The notes beneath the pieces were generated by a model. That model had not been told where the DNA came from. It saw nothing but the letters and a program-made list of their open reading frames with translations, and searched no databases. 64,000 nt of DNA, taken from positions 96,001-160,000 of the forward strand of contig CAVUQH010000005.1 in the NCBI GenBank assembly GCA_963743525.1. Direction: 5' to 3'. Source of the DNA: an uncultured delta proteobacterium. GTDB lineage: Bacteria > Myxococcota_A > Polyangia > Haliangiales > Haliangiaceae. Positions 60,160 through 64,000 of this stretch are shown in pieces. The translations under genes and the position numbers were made by a program. Positions within the stretch are counted from its first letter, which is position 1, and the number at the start of each line of letters is the position of its first letter.

Positions 60160-62128
60160 CTAGTGGGCGCCGACGTACGGGCGCGACTGGACGATCCACA
60201 CCTCTTCGCCCTTGAGCAGCCACTCGACGTCGAGCGGTGAGTCGGCGGGGAACAGCGGGCGGAACTTCATCACCGCGGTGGCCAGGCGCTTGGCCCGCGC
60301 CTCGGTCAGGATGACGCCGCCGTCGGGCGTCGGCACCTCCTTGACGCCGCCGCCGGGGCTGAACACCAGCATCACCGGGTCGTCCGAGCGGCTGATGATC
60401 TTGGTGCCGTCGTTGGACGTGTCGAAGATGATCTGCTCGGGCACGCGGGTGCCCTCGACCACGCGGATGCCGAGGCCGCGCTTGGCGTTGATGGTGAACG
60501 AGTCGTCGTCCTCGGGGTTGTACAGGTTGGCGGTGATCAGCACTCCGGCGGCGGTGGCGTTGACGCCGACCTGGATGAGGATGCCCGGGTAGACCTGGCG
60601 GTTGTCGATGCCGAACAGCGCTCGCTCTTCGACGGCGCGGAAGTTCCACAGCGACGCCCACACCTGCTTGACCGCCTCGCCCAGCTGGTGGCGCCCGCGC
60701 ACGTTGGGCACGGTGTCGTAGAGGCCGGCGCCGTTGAAGCCGGGCAGGTCCTCGGCGTTGGTTGACGAGCGGACGAACACGCCGACGCCACCCAGCTTGA
60801 TGCGCACCCGCTTGTACAGCGCCGCCTCGACCTCGGGATCGATCGGCGCCTCGCGGATCGCCCGCTGCAGGTCGGCCAGCTGCTGCTTGCGCCAGGCGAC
60901 GTCCTTCTTCCACAGCGGGTCCGACAGCATCCGGTCGATGCGCGCGTCGAGGCCGTGCTGCCGGAGGTGCTGGACGTAGTAGAAGAACGGCACGCCGAAG
61001 CCCTTGGGCACGTTGACCCCGTCGATGTGCGCCGACGCGATCTCTCCCAGGTTGGACCCCTTGGTGCCGAACTTGGTCACGTCGGTGGCGCGCATGTGGT
61101 CGAGCATCGGCAGGTCGGCGTCGGTCAGGTTGGCCGGGGGCAGATCGACCCGACGGGCCGCGTCCATCTTCTTCTGCAGCTCCTCGATCTCGGCCCTGGT
61201 CGCCAGGCGCAACACGTGCTTGGTGTCGCCGACCTCGTAATAGACGACCTTGCCGTCGAGCTTGGCGTAGTCCTTTTCGGCGTTGACGTAACCGGCGTTG
61301 GGGATGCCCCAGGCGCCGGCGCGCAGGTTGACGTGCGACAGCGGCGTGGAGAAGACCGTCGAACATGATGCCGGAGACCGGCGAGATGTCCGGGTAGCTC
61401 TCCTGCAGGATGACGATGTCGTGGCGGTCGAAGGTCAGCTGGTCGTACGGCGTGCCCGGCGGCACCACCCGCAGGGTGCCGACCGCGCGGCCCTTGTTGA
61501 AGGCCTGGTACGGCGCTTCCTTGTAGATCTCGTCGTTGGTGACGATCTGGAGGTGAAACTTGCGCTTCACCTCCCTGGCCACCTTCTCCTGCATCGGCGA
61601 GTCGGGGCGGAACGGTAGGTTCTTGATGAAGAAGGTCTGGTTGAGCCGGTCCCACGCCCGCTTGATGGTAGGCGCGTCGATCTTGTCGCCTTCCCAGAAC
61701 GACAGCGTCAGCTTGTTGACCTTCAGGTGCTGGGTCAAGTAGCCGAGGATGAAGCGCGGCTTCACCTGCTCGTAGTTCTTGTTGTACTCGATGATGTTCT
61801 CGCGGTTCCACTCCTGCTTGAGCAGCACCCCGAGCACGAAGTCGGCGTGGATCTTGAAGACGTTGACGTCGAAGAAGTAGATCGCGTTGGTGTGGACGTC
61901 GATGACGAACTTGCCGTAGCGATCGGAGCCCAGCTGGCGTGAGTAGCGCAGCCAGGTCGCCTGGTCGGGGATCGACTTGACGTAGATCCGCTGGGCCGCC
62001 GGCGGCGGCGCCGGCGCTCCTCGATCGGGCGGCGCTTCGTCGGCACGCGCGGTCGAAATCGTAAGCGCGACGACGGCGCACGCCACCCCAATTGCCAGCC
62101 TGCGGGCTCCCCTCATCGCCGCGAGCAT
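60160..62128 (-). CDS. Secreted PEP/pyruvate-binding (PPDK_N ATP-grasp) protein; frameshift at 61358-61364
   Basis: GTKGSNLG, VPKGFGVP, VRSSTNAED...GAGLY, VWASLW, DVEW..WIVQSRP; upstream LSHVNLRA. Confidence 0.85.
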
Positions 62129-62160
62129 AGCACCAGTACCGCGGACGCGGTTCGCCGCGT

Positions 62161-62583
62161 ATGCTGCGCGGCATGCTCGGCCAACGCGATCTAGACGACC
62201 TCGGCCGCCTCGTCCTCCGCGTGACCATCGGCGGCCTGCTCCTCCTCCACGGCATTCACAAGCTGCGCCACGGCGTCGGCGGTATCGCCGACCATTTGCA
62301 CGATCGGGGGCTGCCCGGGTTCGTCGCCTATGGCGTCTACATCGGCGAGGTCGTCGCCCCGGCGGCGATGATCGCCGGCGTTCGCGCGCGCCTGGCCGGG
62401 CTGGTGGTCGCCTTCAACATGCTGGTGGCGATCCTCCTGGTCCACCCGGGCGACATCGCCAGCCTCAGCGGCTCCGGCGCCTGGCGCATCGAGCTGCCGG
62501 CGCTCTACCTGCTCGGCGCCATCGCGGTGTTCCTGCTCGGCGCCGGGCGGTTCGCGCTGTCTCGAGACAGCCGCATGGACTAG
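62161..62583 (+). CDS. DoxX family membrane protein
   Basis: LRVTIGGLLLLHGIHK, GEVVAP, GAGRFAL. Confidence 0.9.
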   Translation: MLRGMLGQRDLDDLGRLVLRVTIGGLLLLHGIHKLRHGVGGIADHLHDRGLPGFVAYGVYIGEVVAPAAMIAGVRARLAGLVVAFNMLVAILLVHPGDIASLSGSGAWRIELPALYLLGAIAVFLLGAGRFALSRDSRMD

Positions 62584-63200
62584 CGGCCGACGAACGAGTA
62601 GGTGTGCTGGAAGCTGGCCCGCTCGGCGGCGGTGCGGCGGTAGGTGAGGATGGTGCTGCGGACCACCGCCTGACCTTTTTCGGTGTCGCCTTCGGCCAGC
62701 TGCAGCTCGAGGTAGTCGCTCTTCGACGTGCTCGCCTTGGGGTCGTCGTTGTTGCGCTTGGCGGCCAACAGGCGCAGCTGGTTGTCGCCCGGGTGGACCC
62801 ATTTGGTGATGTCGATGGCGGCCGCGGCGGCGTTGGACCGCACCGTGGTGACACGTGTGCCGTTGACGTAGACGGTGACGTCGTAGCCACTGGCGCCCCG
62901 TCGGCTCTCGCGCGAGACCAGGAAATAGTGGCGGCTCAGCTCGGCCGGGACTGCCTTCTTCTTGGCCGGCGCCTTGCTGCCCTCCTCCTTGGTGTGGACC
63001 TCGAAGCCGGGCGCGGTGATGTGGATATTGCCCTTGGCGTCGAAGCTGACCGTGCAGTGGTCGAACGACGCGACCGGCAGCTCTACGCCGTCGAGGTCGA
63101 CGCCGTTGAGGTAGACGGTCCGGTGGGGTGGGGCGGCGGTCGCAGCCGCGGGGAGCGCCAGCACGGTGGCCAGCGCGAGCGCGAGGGCGCAGTTACGCAT
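62580..63200 (-). CDS. Secreted hypothetical protein
   Basis: Signal peptide; VYVNG...DITKWVHPGDN. Confidence 0.7.
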   Translation of the reverse strand: MRNCALALALATVLALPAAATAAPPHRTVYLNGVDLDGVELPVASFDHCTVSFDAKGNIHITAPGFEVHTKEEGSKAPAKKKAVPAELSRHYFLVSRESRRGASGYDVTVYVNGTRVTTVRSNAAAAAIDITKWVHPGDNQLRLLAAKRNNDDPKASTSKSDYLELQLAEGDTEKGQAVVRSTILTYRRTAAERASFQHTYSFVGR

Positions 63201-63263
63201 GGGGGCCTCCTTGGCTCCAGCATAGCTGACGAGCGAGGCCGGTCCGGAATTCAGTCGTCCGGC

Positions 63264-64000
63264 TCAGTCGTCCAGTAGACCGGGGTCGGTCTTGTCGTCG
63301 GCGTCCTGGTCGAGGACGTAGATCATCATGTACGCCTCGGCCGTCCGCCGCGGACCCTCGGCGCCGGCCATGATGCGGAAGTCGGCGGCCAGCTGCCGGC
63401 GATAGTAGGAGCGGTACAGCGCCATCGGGTCGATCTCGCCCGACGGATCCAGCTCTTCGATCTTGCGGCCGAGGATCTCGCTGGCCCACTGCGGCTGGAT
63501 CGAGTCGCGGCCGTGGGCGCGCATCGCGTCGCCCAGGATCTGCAGCTCCTCGTAGGTCATGTTGAACAGGAACTCTTCGAACGCCTGGCCCTCGGAGCGC
63601 GACACTTCTTCGCGGCAGAAGAACTCGAGGAACTGGTTGGGACAGTTCTCCGACACCAGGCGGAAATACTCGGTGGTGCCGAGCAGGCAGCCGAGCTTGC
63701 TCGACACCTTGTTGCGCGCGTGCCAGGCCGACTCGAGGATGGGTGAGAAATCGTCGATCTCCAGCTGGGCGTTGTCCCAGATGGTGATCAGCTGATTGGC
63801 CGCGCGCCGCTTGGTCGCGCGGGTGACGTTGGGCTTGCGCAGCAGCGCCAGGAGCAGCTCCTCGGCCAGCAGCGTGTAGATCGACTGCGCCAGCTCCTCG
63901 CGCAGGTCGTGTCCCAGCTTGGCGAAGTCGTTGTCGTCGGACTCGAGGTTCTTGGTCAACTTCACCAGTCCGCGAAGGAACTGGATCTTGGCCAGGAGGA
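63264..64000 (-). CDS. Hypothetical protein (5' end beyond the window)
   Basis: Open frame with strong GC3 codon bias reaching the window end. Confidence 0.7.
   Translation of the reverse strand, partial: LLAKIQFLRGLVKLTKNLESDDNDFAKLGHDLREELAQSIYTLLAEELLLALLRKPNVTRATKRRAANQLITIWDNAQLEIDDFSPILESAWHARNKVSSKLGCLLGTTEYFRLVSENCPNQFLEFFCREEVSRSEGQAFEEFLFNMTYEELQILGDAMRAHGRDSIQPQWASEILGRKIEELDPSGEIDPMALYRSYYRRQLAADFRIMAGAEGPRRTAEAYMMIYVLDQDADDKTDPGLLDD

Overview
This window is very GC-rich and looks myxobacterial: it has a MYXO-CTERM-like sorting signal, a eukaryotic-type Ser/Thr kinase, PilZ proteins and Cys-rich lipoproteins. It is a densely coding region of about 51 genes. Main contents: a partial MoxR ATPase; two parallel ECF sigma/anti-sigma cell-surface signalling modules; an ArnT/PMT-like glycosyltransferase with repeat arrays; an HNH-endonuclease element behind a 0.8 kb hairpin- and repeat-rich leader; tldD/tldE; an aminotransferase-glycerate kinase-prmC-REC/PilZ-Hsp70 operon; a type IV minor pilin cluster (fimU, pilY1, pilV, pilW, pilX) plus a second PilY1-like adhesin with a different head; and an S8/FG-GAP protease. 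Further genes encode a flippase, a TPR protein, a kinase, DksA, a HEAT-repeat protein, ClpX, a PP2C-cNMP phosphatase, PdxA, a Crp regulator, a transglutaminase-like protein, an NTT-HEAT-cNMP protein and a secreted PEP-dikinase-like protein. The strongest hidden signal is a window-wide corruption of the palindrome GTCGAC (to GTTGAC/GTCAAC/GTTCGAC). It accounts for three frameshifts, one premature stop and two broken catalytic motifs, and most likely reflects base-calling errors at a methylated motif. All calls come from reading motifs by eye; no database searches were run, and start codons are best estimates.
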